This document shows positions 1 through 7,788 of a stretch of 13,308 nt of DNA, piece by piece (position 1 is the stretch's first letter; the number at the start of each line of letters is the position of its first letter). This DNA comes from Candidatus Bipolaricaulia bacterium. Its GTDB lineage: Bacteria > Bipolaricaulota > Bipolaricaulia > RBG-16-55-9. A model generated the notes under the pieces. That model ran no database searches and was not told the origin of the DNA. It saw only the letters and a program-made list of their open reading frames with translations. The stretch covers positions 1-13,308 of the forward strand of contig JBDGQO010000001.1 of assembly GCA_042219045.1 (NCBI GenBank). The letters are read 5' to 3'. Made by a program: the position numbers and the translations under genes.

Positions 1-78
1 GGGGACCATGGGCCGAGTGAATGAGGGCACCGGGCCGCACGATGATGGCGCTAGTGCCTGGAAGGGGGCGAATTTAGG

Positions 79-1251
79 ATGAAGCTGATCGCCGCCGCGG
101 ACCTGCATGTGAAGGAACGCGAGCCCGAGCGACTCGACGTCTGGGCCTGGATTCTGCAGCAGGTCGTGGATCGCCACGCGGATGGGTTGCTGGTTGCCGG
201 CGATCTCTTCGACAGCGATGGCGATGCCGCCCGATCAGCCGACGATGTGAAGCGGCTGACGGCCGAGATGCTTCCCCCGAATACGCCGGTGGTGATGATC
301 GCGGGCAACCACGATTCGGGACTGGCGTCGCTCGGCTGGGGGCTTCCCATCCATGTGCTTCAGCCGAACGCGACCGTCGACCTATCCGACCCCGAGGGCG
401 ATCTGGACGTCCGGATCCACGGGCTGCCGTACCAGCGAGGTGCGGTGCTTGACGATCTGCGTCAACGTTTGGCCCTGGACGACGGGCCTGTTCATATCCT
501 GCTGGGGCATGCCTCGTATCTCAGCCCGAAGCATCCGCACATCGTCGAGGCGATCGAGGAGCATGGCGAGGCGAACGAATGCCTGCTCTACGAGTCAGAC
601 CTGCAGGGCGTTCCGGTCGATCACGTTCTGCTGGGACACTGGCACCGCCAGCAACCCTTGGGGGGCGAACCGCCGGTCACCTACGTCGGCTCTGCTATCC
701 CCAACAGTCGTCGGGAGGAGGGACCGCGACACGTCCTGGATCTCACGGTCTCCCGTGACGGCGTGCAGATCGCCCCCTTGCCGGTCGAGCAGCCGCCCGG
801 CTGGTTCTACGCGTCCCGGACGTACGATTGGCTTCCGCTCGATGAAGAAGCCAACGTCGAGGAGTTGAGCCAGCTTGTCGCCGATGCGGCGTCGCCCGGC
901 TGTGTGCTTCATCTGACGATCCGGGGATATTCTCGCCACCCCATCGAGGAGCTCCGCCGCCGAATTCGCGAGAGGCTGGCCCCGTTCGAGGAGCGGTTGC
1001 TCCGGCTGACTATTGATGATGCGGAGCTTGCCCAAGCCGATCAGTTCGACCATCCGCTGGTTGAGCGGACCCTGGCCGAGCTGGAGGGCGTCGAGCTCGA
1101 CGAGCGTCTCATGGAAGAGGTTCGCTTGACGCAGGATCCGGCGCTGGTGCGCGCATGGATGGAGGCGACGCTGCGCGATGCCCCGGACGACGTGCGGAGC
1201 CGAGCGAAGCGATTCCTGATGCAGGCCCTCTACGAGGAGTTGATGGGATGA
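79..1251 (+). CDS. Mre11/SbcD-family metallophosphoesterase (DNA repair nuclease, YhaO/SbcD-like), 390 aa
   Basis: All five calcineurin-like phosphoesterase motifs are present in order: ADLH, GDLFD, GNHD, GH and LGHWH, followed by YVGS and E-x-G-P-R. A purine-rich SD (GAAGGGGG, 61-68) lies upstream. The stop overlaps the next start (ATGA, 1248-1251). Confidence 0.9.
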   Translation: MKLIAAADLHVKEREPERLDVWAWILQQVVDRHADGLLVAGDLFDSDGDAARSADDVKRLTAEMLPPNTPVVMIAGNHDSGLASLGWGLPIHVLQPNATVDLSDPEGDLDVRIHGLPYQRGAVLDDLRQRLALDDGPVHILLGHASYLSPKHPHIVEAIEEHGEANECLLYESDLQGVPVDHVLLGHWHRQQPLGGEPPVTYVGSAIPNSRREEGPRHVLDLTVSRDGVQIAPLPVEQPPGWFYASRTYDWLPLDEEANVEELSQLVADAASPGCVLHLTIRGYSRHPIEELRRRIRERLAPFEERLLRLTIDDAELAQADQFDHPLVERTLAELEGVELDERLMEEVRLTQDPALVRAWMEATLRDAPDDVRSRAKRFLMQALYEELMG

Positions 1252-3626
1252 GGATCGCTCGGGTTCGCACCGGCCCGCTGGGGCCGCTGCCCGCTCTGGA
1301 CTGGGCGCTCGAGGACTGTGAGGTGGTCTACGACGACAATCAGCAGGGCAAGACCACGCTCATCGACGTCCTCATCCATTACCTTTTCAAAGAAGGCACC
1401 AAGCGGCTGTTCGAGGGCGAGGATCGCTATGCCGCCTACCCCGACACGGCCATCACCGTCGAACGCCGGGGCGAGACCTACACGTTCGGATCGGAGCGTC
1501 CCAGCGCGCGGTTGAGCGAGCTGCTCGGCTGGAACATGCCGGAGCTGCACCGCTTGCTCTGCGTGCGGGCGGGCGAGATGGCCATCCACGGCGGCGGGCG
1601 CAAGCGAGAGGAAATGTGGCAGCTGCTGAGCGGCTTGCTCTCCGGGCTTGAGGGGAACCGCGTGGAGCGGGTGAAGAAGCGGATCCAGAATCAGGCGTCC
1701 GTCACCAGCACCTTCCAGTGGTCAAATCAAGGGCATCAGAAGGTTCGCGAGCGATACGTCCAGCGGCTGGTGCCTCAGCTGGAGCGAGCCCGCGACGCCG
1801 AGGAAACCGTCCGCCGGTTGATGGCGCTCAACCAGGAAGAGCAAGAGACGGCCTCCGTCCAATCCGAGCTTGAGGCCAAACGCCAGGCGCTGCAGGAGCG
1901 ACGTCATGGCCTGGAGACCCTGAAGAGACGACACGCGTTGGAGCAGGCACGGGACTTGCTCGACCGGGCCTTGACGCTCCGCCGCAAGATCGCGGACGAG
2001 TTCGGCGAGCGGATTACGGTCCAATTGGGGGACGAGTGGTCGTCGTTGGCTGAGGAGCTTGCCGACGCTCGCGAGCGGCTCGAGCAAAGCGAGTCGCTAT
2101 CCGCCGAGCTTCAGCGGATCGATGACGCGCTCCAGCAGCGGGAAGCTCAAATCGACGAGGCGCGCGAGGAACGAGAACGCCAGCGCGCTCAGTGGCGGGA
2201 CTGGCGGGAGAACCGGCTTCGTCCGCTTGCGCAGCGCGTCGAGAACCGACAAGCCGCGTTCCAGTCGGCCAGAAAGTCGGCCCCCCTGGGCATCGGCATG
2301 GGCGTTGTCGGCGTGGGGCTTGCCCTGGCTGGCTTGCTTGGGGAGGGACTCAGCCCGTGGGTCGGCATCGGTCCGGGCGCGCTGCTGCTGGGCAGCGGCG
2401 CGGGCCTCGTCGCGCGTGTCCCGCAGACGAGGAAGGGCTATGAGTTGGCTCGCGAGCAACTGGCGGGCCTGCTCAGTGACCAGCTGCATGCGTCGGTCTC
2501 GGCCGCTCAGGCGCTGGACCGGGCCCATGAGGTGCTGACCGCTGACATTCTGGCGTTGGTGTATCCGGACGGGGAGGACCCGGTTGACCAGCTCCAAGCA
2601 AGCGTCCATCGGCTTGAGACCGAGCGAGCCATGAAGCGAGAGCAGCTGTTGGAGGTGCTGCCGGCGGACGCATCCGATCAGGATCCGACGCAGTTCTGTC
2701 AGCGCTGCGTTGACGATCTGGAAAAGCGCGAGGACGACCTGCGCCGCAAGACGGGGTGCCCAGATCTCGAGACGTTCCAGACCCAACTTGAGGCGCGCCG
2801 CCGTGCGGAATCCGAGTTATCCCGTCTGCGCACTCGGCTCTCGCAGGCCCTGGATGTGCCCGAGGAAGACCTCGATCTCGATGCGGTGGCCACGCAGATC
2901 GAGCAGCGATGGGCCATGCTCGAGGTGCCGGCCGAGTTGGGCGAGGTCGATGACCCCGATGCCGAGCTCGCCAAGGTTCGCCAGTCGGACGACGAGGTCC
3001 GGCAACAGCTGGATCAGCTCGAGCGCCGACTGGACGAGATCAAGCAGGAGCGCCACGGCATCCGTCAAGCGTTTGCTGAGCTCGGGATCGCGGTCGACGC
3101 CCCGGAGAAGCTCTTCGAGACGCGCCGCCGGTGGAAGGCCGAGCTGGCGGAGGGCGTTCGGGATCGCCTTGCCGCGACGCTGGCCTGTAGCGTCCTGGAT
3201 CAGGTTCAACGGGATTATCAGACGCAGATCAAGCGGCTCCTGGAGGGCGGCGACCTCAACCGGCTCTATCGCGAAGCCATGGGCCAAGGTCAAGAAGTTC
3301 GCTTCAACGGCGACAGCTTGACGTTTGAAGTCGAGCGGGATGGGCAGGTGATCGGGGAACGCGCGCTGAGCACGGGGGCATTGACCCATCTCTACTTCGT
3401 GTGCCGCTTGAGCGTCCTCCGCCGACTGTTCGATGAGGCGCCCGGCTTCCTGATCCTGGACGATCCGTTCTTGACGTACGCGCCGGCCCGCAAGCAGCGA
3501 GCGATTGGGCTGCTGGAGCCGTTCCTCGCCGACGGTTGGCAAGTGATCGCCTTCACCGTGGATCCGGCCACTCGCGATGGGCTGCAGGATCTCGGCGGGA
3601 CGGTTCGCCGGATCCAAGACTTGTAA
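1248..3626 (+). CDS. SMC/Rad50-like (SbcC/YhaN-type) coiled-coil ABC-ATPase-fold protein with a central hydrophobic hairpin, 792 aa
   Basis: The start is ATG 1248 (MRIARV), not 1155: it forms an ATGA overlap with the nuclease stop and has SD GAGGAG at 1234-1239. It has an N-terminal Walker A-like DDNQQGKTT, long E/R/Q/L-rich coiled coils, a C-terminal signature LSTGA and Walker B FLILDDPF. Two hydrophobic segments lie at 2286-2414. Confidence 0.88.
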   Translation: MRIARVRTGPLGPLPALDWALEDCEVVYDDNQQGKTTLIDVLIHYLFKEGTKRLFEGEDRYAAYPDTAITVERRGETYTFGSERPSARLSELLGWNMPELHRLLCVRAGEMAIHGGGRKREEMWQLLSGLLSGLEGNRVERVKKRIQNQASVTSTFQWSNQGHQKVRERYVQRLVPQLERARDAEETVRRLMALNQEEQETASVQSELEAKRQALQERRHGLETLKRRHALEQARDLLDRALTLRRKIADEFGERITVQLGDEWSSLAEELADARERLEQSESLSAELQRIDDALQQREAQIDEAREERERQRAQWRDWRENRLRPLAQRVENRQAAFQSARKSAPLGIGMGVVGVGLALAGLLGEGLSPWVGIGPGALLLGSGAGLVARVPQTRKGYELAREQLAGLLSDQLHASVSAAQALDRAHEVLTADILALVYPDGEDPVDQLQASVHRLETERAMKREQLLEVLPADASDQDPTQFCQRCVDDLEKREDDLRRKTGCPDLETFQTQLEARRRAESELSRLRTRLSQALDVPEEDLDLDAVATQIEQRWAMLEVPAELGEVDDPDAELAKVRQSDDEVRQQLDQLERRLDEIKQERHGIRQAFAELGIAVDAPEKLFETRRRWKAELAEGVRDRLAATLACSVLDQVQRDYQTQIKRLLEGGDLNRLYREAMGQGQEVRFNGDSLTFEVERDGQVIGERALSTGALTHLYFVCRLSVLRRLFDEAPGFLILDDPFLTYAPARKQRAIGLLEPFLADGWQVIAFTVDPATRDGLQDLGGTVRRIQDL

Positions 3627-3652
3627 ATCAAGCGCTCCCGCGTCTGCAAGTC
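3618..3652. terminator. Possible hairpin between convergent stop codons (putative terminator)
   Basis: GACTTGTA (3618-3625) pairs with TGCAAGTC (3645-3652), including one G-U pair, around an inner GCG-ctcc-CGC. There is no U-tract on either strand. Confidence 0.25.
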
Positions 3653-3653
3653 G

Positions 3654-4961
3654 CTACTGAACCGACGACGCGGCGAGCTTCCCTTCCAAACTTGCCAATG
3701 CCTCTCCGGGCCCCACGACGCTCAGCGTCCACGGTTGCTCGAAGAGCGTCCGCGCGATCGTCTGGACGTCGTCGACGGTGACGGCCTCGACGCGCTGGAT
3801 GATCTCGTCCACGGAGCGATGCGTGCCGTGGATCTCGGCGAGCCCCAAGCGCGCCATGCGGGCCTGGCTGCTGTCCAGCCCCAACACGAGGTTGCCCTTG
3901 AGCTTCTCCTTGGCGAGCCGGAGCGCGTCCTCGGACACGGGCTCGGTCCGAATCCGCTCGACCTCCTCGAAGCAGATGTCGAGCGCCTGCGAGGCGTTGC
4001 CCGGCTCGGTGCCGACGTAGATGTTGAACGCGCCGCTGTCGCTGTAGGGACTGGAGGCGCTGAAAACGGCATACGCCAGCCCGAGCTCCTCGCGGACGCG
4101 CTTGAACAGCCGCGAGCTCATCCCGCCGCCGAGGATCGTGTTCATGAGCTCGAGCCCGTAGCGCCGGTCGTCGTCGCGGGCGAGGCTGGCCGTGCCGAGG
4201 CAGAGGTGGGCCTGCTGCACGTCGCGGTCCTCGAGGTGGAAGCCGCCTTGGAGGCTCGGGGCGTGGCGCGGCGCGGCCGCTTCGTCGGCCTGGCCGATGG
4301 GCCCGAACTTGGCTTCCGCCATTCGCCTGAGCTCCTCGGTGTCGACGTCGCCCACGGCGACGAGGAAGAGCTGGGCCGTGTCGTAGAGGCCGAACTGCTC
4401 CATGAGGCCCTCGCGCGTGAGGCCGTTGACCGTCTCGACAAAGCCGGAAATGGGCCGCGTCAGGGGGTGTTGATCGGCCCAGAGCTGCTGGTCAAAGCGC
4501 TCGAAGGCGACGTCCGAGGGCGTGTCCTCCTGCATGCGGATCTCTTCGAGGATGACGCCCTTCTCGCGGGTCACGTGTTCGGGATGGAAGCGGGGACGGC
4601 GCACCAGATCGCTCAGGATGTCCATGGCGCGCTCCAGGTGCTGGGGGAGCACGTCGACGTGGTACGCCGTGTACTCCCGCGAGGTCATGGCGTTGATGGC
4701 CCCGCCGATGGCGTCGATCTCCTCCGAGATCTGGAACGCCGAGCGGGTCTCGGTCCCCTTGAAGACCATGTGCTCCAGGAAGTGGGTGATGCCGGCTTGG
4801 GCGTCGGCTTCGTCGCGGCTGCCGAGCCGCGCCCAGACGCCCATGGACAGGGGGCGGTCCGGGCGCGGTTCCACCAGCACCGTCAATCCGTTGCCGAGCG
4901 TCGTCCTGTGGCAGCCCGGATAGAGCGTCTCCATCGAGGGGTGAGCGTTGGGGGCGCTCAT
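3654..4961 (-). CDS. M16 (pitrilysin/insulinase family) zinc metallopeptidase, 435 aa
   Basis: It has the inverted zincin motif HFLEH in GITHFLEHMVFKGT, plus NAMTSREYT and the C-domain motif GGGMSSRLFKRVREELGLAY. The start overlaps the pnp stop (ATGA, 4958-4961). A position directly after pnp is a known conserved arrangement. Confidence 0.93.
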   Translation of the reverse strand: MSAPNAHPSMETLYPGCHRTTLGNGLTVLVEPRPDRPLSMGVWARLGSRDEADAQAGITHFLEHMVFKGTETRSAFQISEEIDAIGGAINAMTSREYTAYHVDVLPQHLERAMDILSDLVRRPRFHPEHVTREKGVILEEIRMQEDTPSDVAFERFDQQLWADQHPLTRPISGFVETVNGLTREGLMEQFGLYDTAQLFLVAVGDVDTEELRRMAEAKFGPIGQADEAAAPRHAPSLQGGFHLEDRDVQQAHLCLGTASLARDDDRRYGLELMNTILGGGMSSRLFKRVREELGLAYAVFSASSPYSDSGAFNIYVGTEPGNASQALDICFEEVERIRTEPVSEDALRLAKEKLKGNLVLGLDSSQARMARLGLAEIHGTHRSVDEIIQRVEAVTVDDVQTIARTLFEQPWTLSVVGPGEALASLEGKLAASSVQ

Positions 4962-7432
4962 GCTCCCTCGCGATTCGGGCCGGAGCCCTCGCGGCTCGTT
5001 GCGGCGTCCTCGCCGTTGGGAGACGCCCCCTTGCCGCTGCCGTCGAGCACCTTGATCAGCTTGAGGGAGTAGCGCCCCTTGTCGTCGATGCGGGCAACTT
5101 CAATGGTGACGCGATCGCCGACCTGGACGACGTCCTCGACGTTGTCGACGTGGCCTTCGGCCAGGTTGGAGATGTGGATCAGGCCGGAGACGTCCTCGAA
5201 CTTGACGAAGGCGCCGTAATCAGCGATGCCGTCGACGATGCCCTCGTAGCGATGGCCCTCTTGGATCGGCTCGCGCTTCGGCTTGGCGTCCTCGTGGCCG
5301 CCGCCGTCGGCGCTGGTCGTCGATCCGGAGGCCACGGGCTTCAGGTTGAAGCGCCCCATGGCGTCGATCTCGCTCACCTCGACCTCCATCTCGTCGCCGA
5401 TGTCGACGACGTCCCGAACGTTGTTGACGTACTCCTCGGAGAGGTCGGAGACGTGGACGAGCCCTTGGACGCCGGGCTTGATCTCCACGAACGCGCCGAA
5501 CTTCTCGATGCGCTTGACCGTGCCCGCGAAGCGATCGCCGACCTCCGGGTCCTCCGTCAGGTCATAGATGTGCTTCTTGGCGGCCTCCACGGAGTCCCGG
5601 CCCGGGCCGGAGATCTTGACGCTGCCGTCGTCCTCGATGTCGACCTCGGCCTCGGTCTCCTCGATGATGTTGCGGATCGTCTTGCCGCCGGGGCCGATGA
5701 CGAGCCCGATCTTTTCCGGGTCGATCTCGATGATCTCGATGACGGGCGCGTACTTGCTCAGCTCCGCTCGCGGCGCGGGAAGCGTTTCCGTCATGCGGTC
5801 GAGGATCTGCAGCCGCGCCGCCTTGGCCTGCTCCATTGCCCGCGACATGAGATCGCCGGTGATGCCGCTCACCTTGACGTCGAGCTGGAACGCCGTGATG
5901 CCGTCACGCGTCCCGGCGACCTTGAAGTCCATGTCGCCAAAGGCGTCTTCAAACCCGGCGATGTCGGTCAGTATGGCTGCTTCGCCGCCCTCTTCGATCA
6001 GGCCCATGGCGATGCCGGCCACTGGCTTCTTGATGGGCACGCCCGCGTCCATGAGCGCCAGGGTGCCGCTACACACCGATGCCATGGAGCTCGAGCCGTT
6101 CGACTCGGTGATCTCGGAGACGAGCCGAATGCTGTAGGGGAACTCCTCCTCGTCTGGGAGCATCGGCTGGATGGCGGTCTCGGCGAGGTTGCCGTGGCCG
6201 ATCTCGCGGCGCTTCGGCGGGCCGAGGCGCCCGGCTTCGCCCACGCAGTACGGGGGGAAATTGTAGTGGAGCATGAAGCGCTTGCGGCCCTCTTCCATCA
6301 TGAGGTCGACGATCTGCTCGTCCTGGCGCGTGGTGCCGAGCGTGCACGTGCCGATGCTCTGGGTCTCGCCGCGGGTGAACAGCGACGAGCCGTGGACGCG
6401 CGGCAGGATCCCGGCTTCCACGCTGACGGAGCGGACGTCCTCCGGCTTGCGCCCGTCCATGCGCGTGCCGCGCCTGAGCGACTCCAGCCGGACGTGCTTT
6501 TTGAGCACGTCGTCGAAGAGGCCCTTCAGCGTCTCCCGAAGCTCGGATTGCTCGTCGTCGGAGAGCCCTTGGGACTCGGCTTTTTGGGCGACCAGGTGCT
6601 CGATCGCCTCGTCGCGGATCTCGTCGGCCAGGGCCTCGCGCTCGATCTTGGGCATGGGCTCCCACAGGCGCTCCAGGGACGAGCCGAGGGCCTGCTCGAG
6701 TTCGCCCTTCAGCGTCTCCAGCGTCGGGTCCGTCTCGGGGACCGCGACCTTGGTCGTGGGGCCGGCCTTCTGGGCGAACTCGCGCTGGAAGCCCACGAGG
6801 CGCTGAATCTCCTCGTGGCCCATCTGGACCGCTTCCACGACTTTGGATTCCGGCACCTCGTCCATCTCGCCCTCGACCATCGTCACGGTCTCTTCCGTGC
6901 CGGCGATGACGATGTCCATGGCGCTGGCCTCGAGCTGATCGTAGGTCGGGTTGACGACGAGCTCGTCCTCGACGAGGCCCATGCGGACCCCGGCGATCGG
7001 GCCCTCAAAGGGGATCGAGCTGATCGTCAGCGCCGCGGACGCCCCGAGCATCGCCGCCACCTTCGGGGAGTAGTCGCGATCGGCGGACAAGACCGTCAGG
7101 ACGACGTGGACGCGCTCCTGGTAGTTGTCGGGGAAGAGCGGCCGAATGGGCCGATCGATCATGCGGGCGTTCAGGACGGCCTCCTCCGAGGGCTTGCCCT
7201 CGCGCTTGAAGAAGCCGCCAGGAATTTTGCCGCCCGCGTAGAACTTCTCCTCGTAGTCGACGGTCAGCGGAAAGAACGGCAGCGGCTCGTCGAGCGGGTC
7301 ACGGTTGGCCGTCGCAAGCACGCGGGTGTCGCCGAAGTTGACGACGACGGCCCCGTCAGACTGTCGCGCCATGCGGCCGGATTCGAGCGTAAAATCGTTT
7401 TTCACGAGTTGGACAATGGAGAAATCTCCCAT
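4958..7432 (-). CDS. pnp: Polyribonucleotide nucleotidyltransferase (PNPase) with KH and two S1 domains, 824 aa
   Basis: Signature motifs are FFPLTVDYEEK..GKIPGGFFKREG, RREIGHG, SNGSSSMASVC, DAGVP and GDMDFKVAGT, with KH motif IGPGGKTI and two S1 repeats. SD GAGGGA lies upstream, and the gene directly follows rpsO. Confidence 0.98.
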   Translation of the reverse strand: MGDFSIVQLVKNDFTLESGRMARQSDGAVVVNFGDTRVLATANRDPLDEPLPFFPLTVDYEEKFYAGGKIPGGFFKREGKPSEEAVLNARMIDRPIRPLFPDNYQERVHVVLTVLSADRDYSPKVAAMLGASAALTISSIPFEGPIAGVRMGLVEDELVVNPTYDQLEASAMDIVIAGTEETVTMVEGEMDEVPESKVVEAVQMGHEEIQRLVGFQREFAQKAGPTTKVAVPETDPTLETLKGELEQALGSSLERLWEPMPKIEREALADEIRDEAIEHLVAQKAESQGLSDDEQSELRETLKGLFDDVLKKHVRLESLRRGTRMDGRKPEDVRSVSVEAGILPRVHGSSLFTRGETQSIGTCTLGTTRQDEQIVDLMMEEGRKRFMLHYNFPPYCVGEAGRLGPPKRREIGHGNLAETAIQPMLPDEEEFPYSIRLVSEITESNGSSSMASVCSGTLALMDAGVPIKKPVAGIAMGLIEEGGEAAILTDIAGFEDAFGDMDFKVAGTRDGITAFQLDVKVSGITGDLMSRAMEQAKAARLQILDRMTETLPAPRAELSKYAPVIEIIEIDPEKIGLVIGPGGKTIRNIIEETEAEVDIEDDGSVKISGPGRDSVEAAKKHIYDLTEDPEVGDRFAGTVKRIEKFGAFVEIKPGVQGLVHVSDLSEEYVNNVRDVVDIGDEMEVEVSEIDAMGRFNLKPVASGSTTSADGGGHEDAKPKREPIQEGHRYEGIVDGIADYGAFVKFEDVSGLIHISNLAEGHVDNVEDVVQVGDRVTIEVARIDDKGRYSLKLIKVLDGSGKGASPNGEDAATSREGSGPNREGA

Positions 7433-7512
7433 GGGTATTCCCTCACTTCTCTATACAGATACGGTTGGTCGCCACCGATGCGTCGGAAGGCATATGGACG
7501 ATTGGAACGGAC

Positions 7513-7785
7513 TCAGCCGCGGATCTGGAGTCGGTCAATCAGCTGCCGATATGCGTCCGGGTCCTCGCGCAGGAGATACTTCATCAAGCGCTTGCGGCGG
7601 CCGACCTTTTTCATCAGGCCGCGCTGGGAATGGAAGTCGTGCTTGTGGATCTTGAGATGCTCGGTGAGTTCGCGAATTTCGTGGGTCAAAACGGCAATCT
7701 GGACTTCCGGGGACCCGGTGTCGTTGGGGTCCCGTTGGTATTCGGCGATGACGTTGCTCTTTTCCTCGGGGCTGAGGACAGCCAT
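7513..7785 (-). CDS. rpsO: 30S ribosomal protein S15
   Basis: It has the motif DTGSPEVQIAVLT..LTEHLKIHKHDFHSQRGLMKKVGRRKRLMKYL, is 90 aa, has SD AGGAGG 9 nt upstream, and sits just before pnp. Confidence 0.99.
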   Translation of the reverse strand: MAVLSPEEKSNVIAEYQRDPNDTGSPEVQIAVLTHEIRELTEHLKIHKHDFHSQRGLMKKVGRRKRLMKYLLREDPDAYRQLIDRLQIRG

Positions 7786-7788
7786 ATC

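Noticed and set aside
1155..1247. N-terminal extension of the SMC-like ORF
   Set aside because: It overlaps the nuclease CDS. ATG 1248 has an SD, an ATGA overlap and the typical MRI.. first strand.
79..3626. Calling the pair a known defence system (Wadjet, Lamassu) or a mobile island
   Set aside because: No kleisin/KITE or Lamassu-type partner genes, integrase, att repeats or obvious compositional break are visible. The gene upstream of position 1 cannot be seen.
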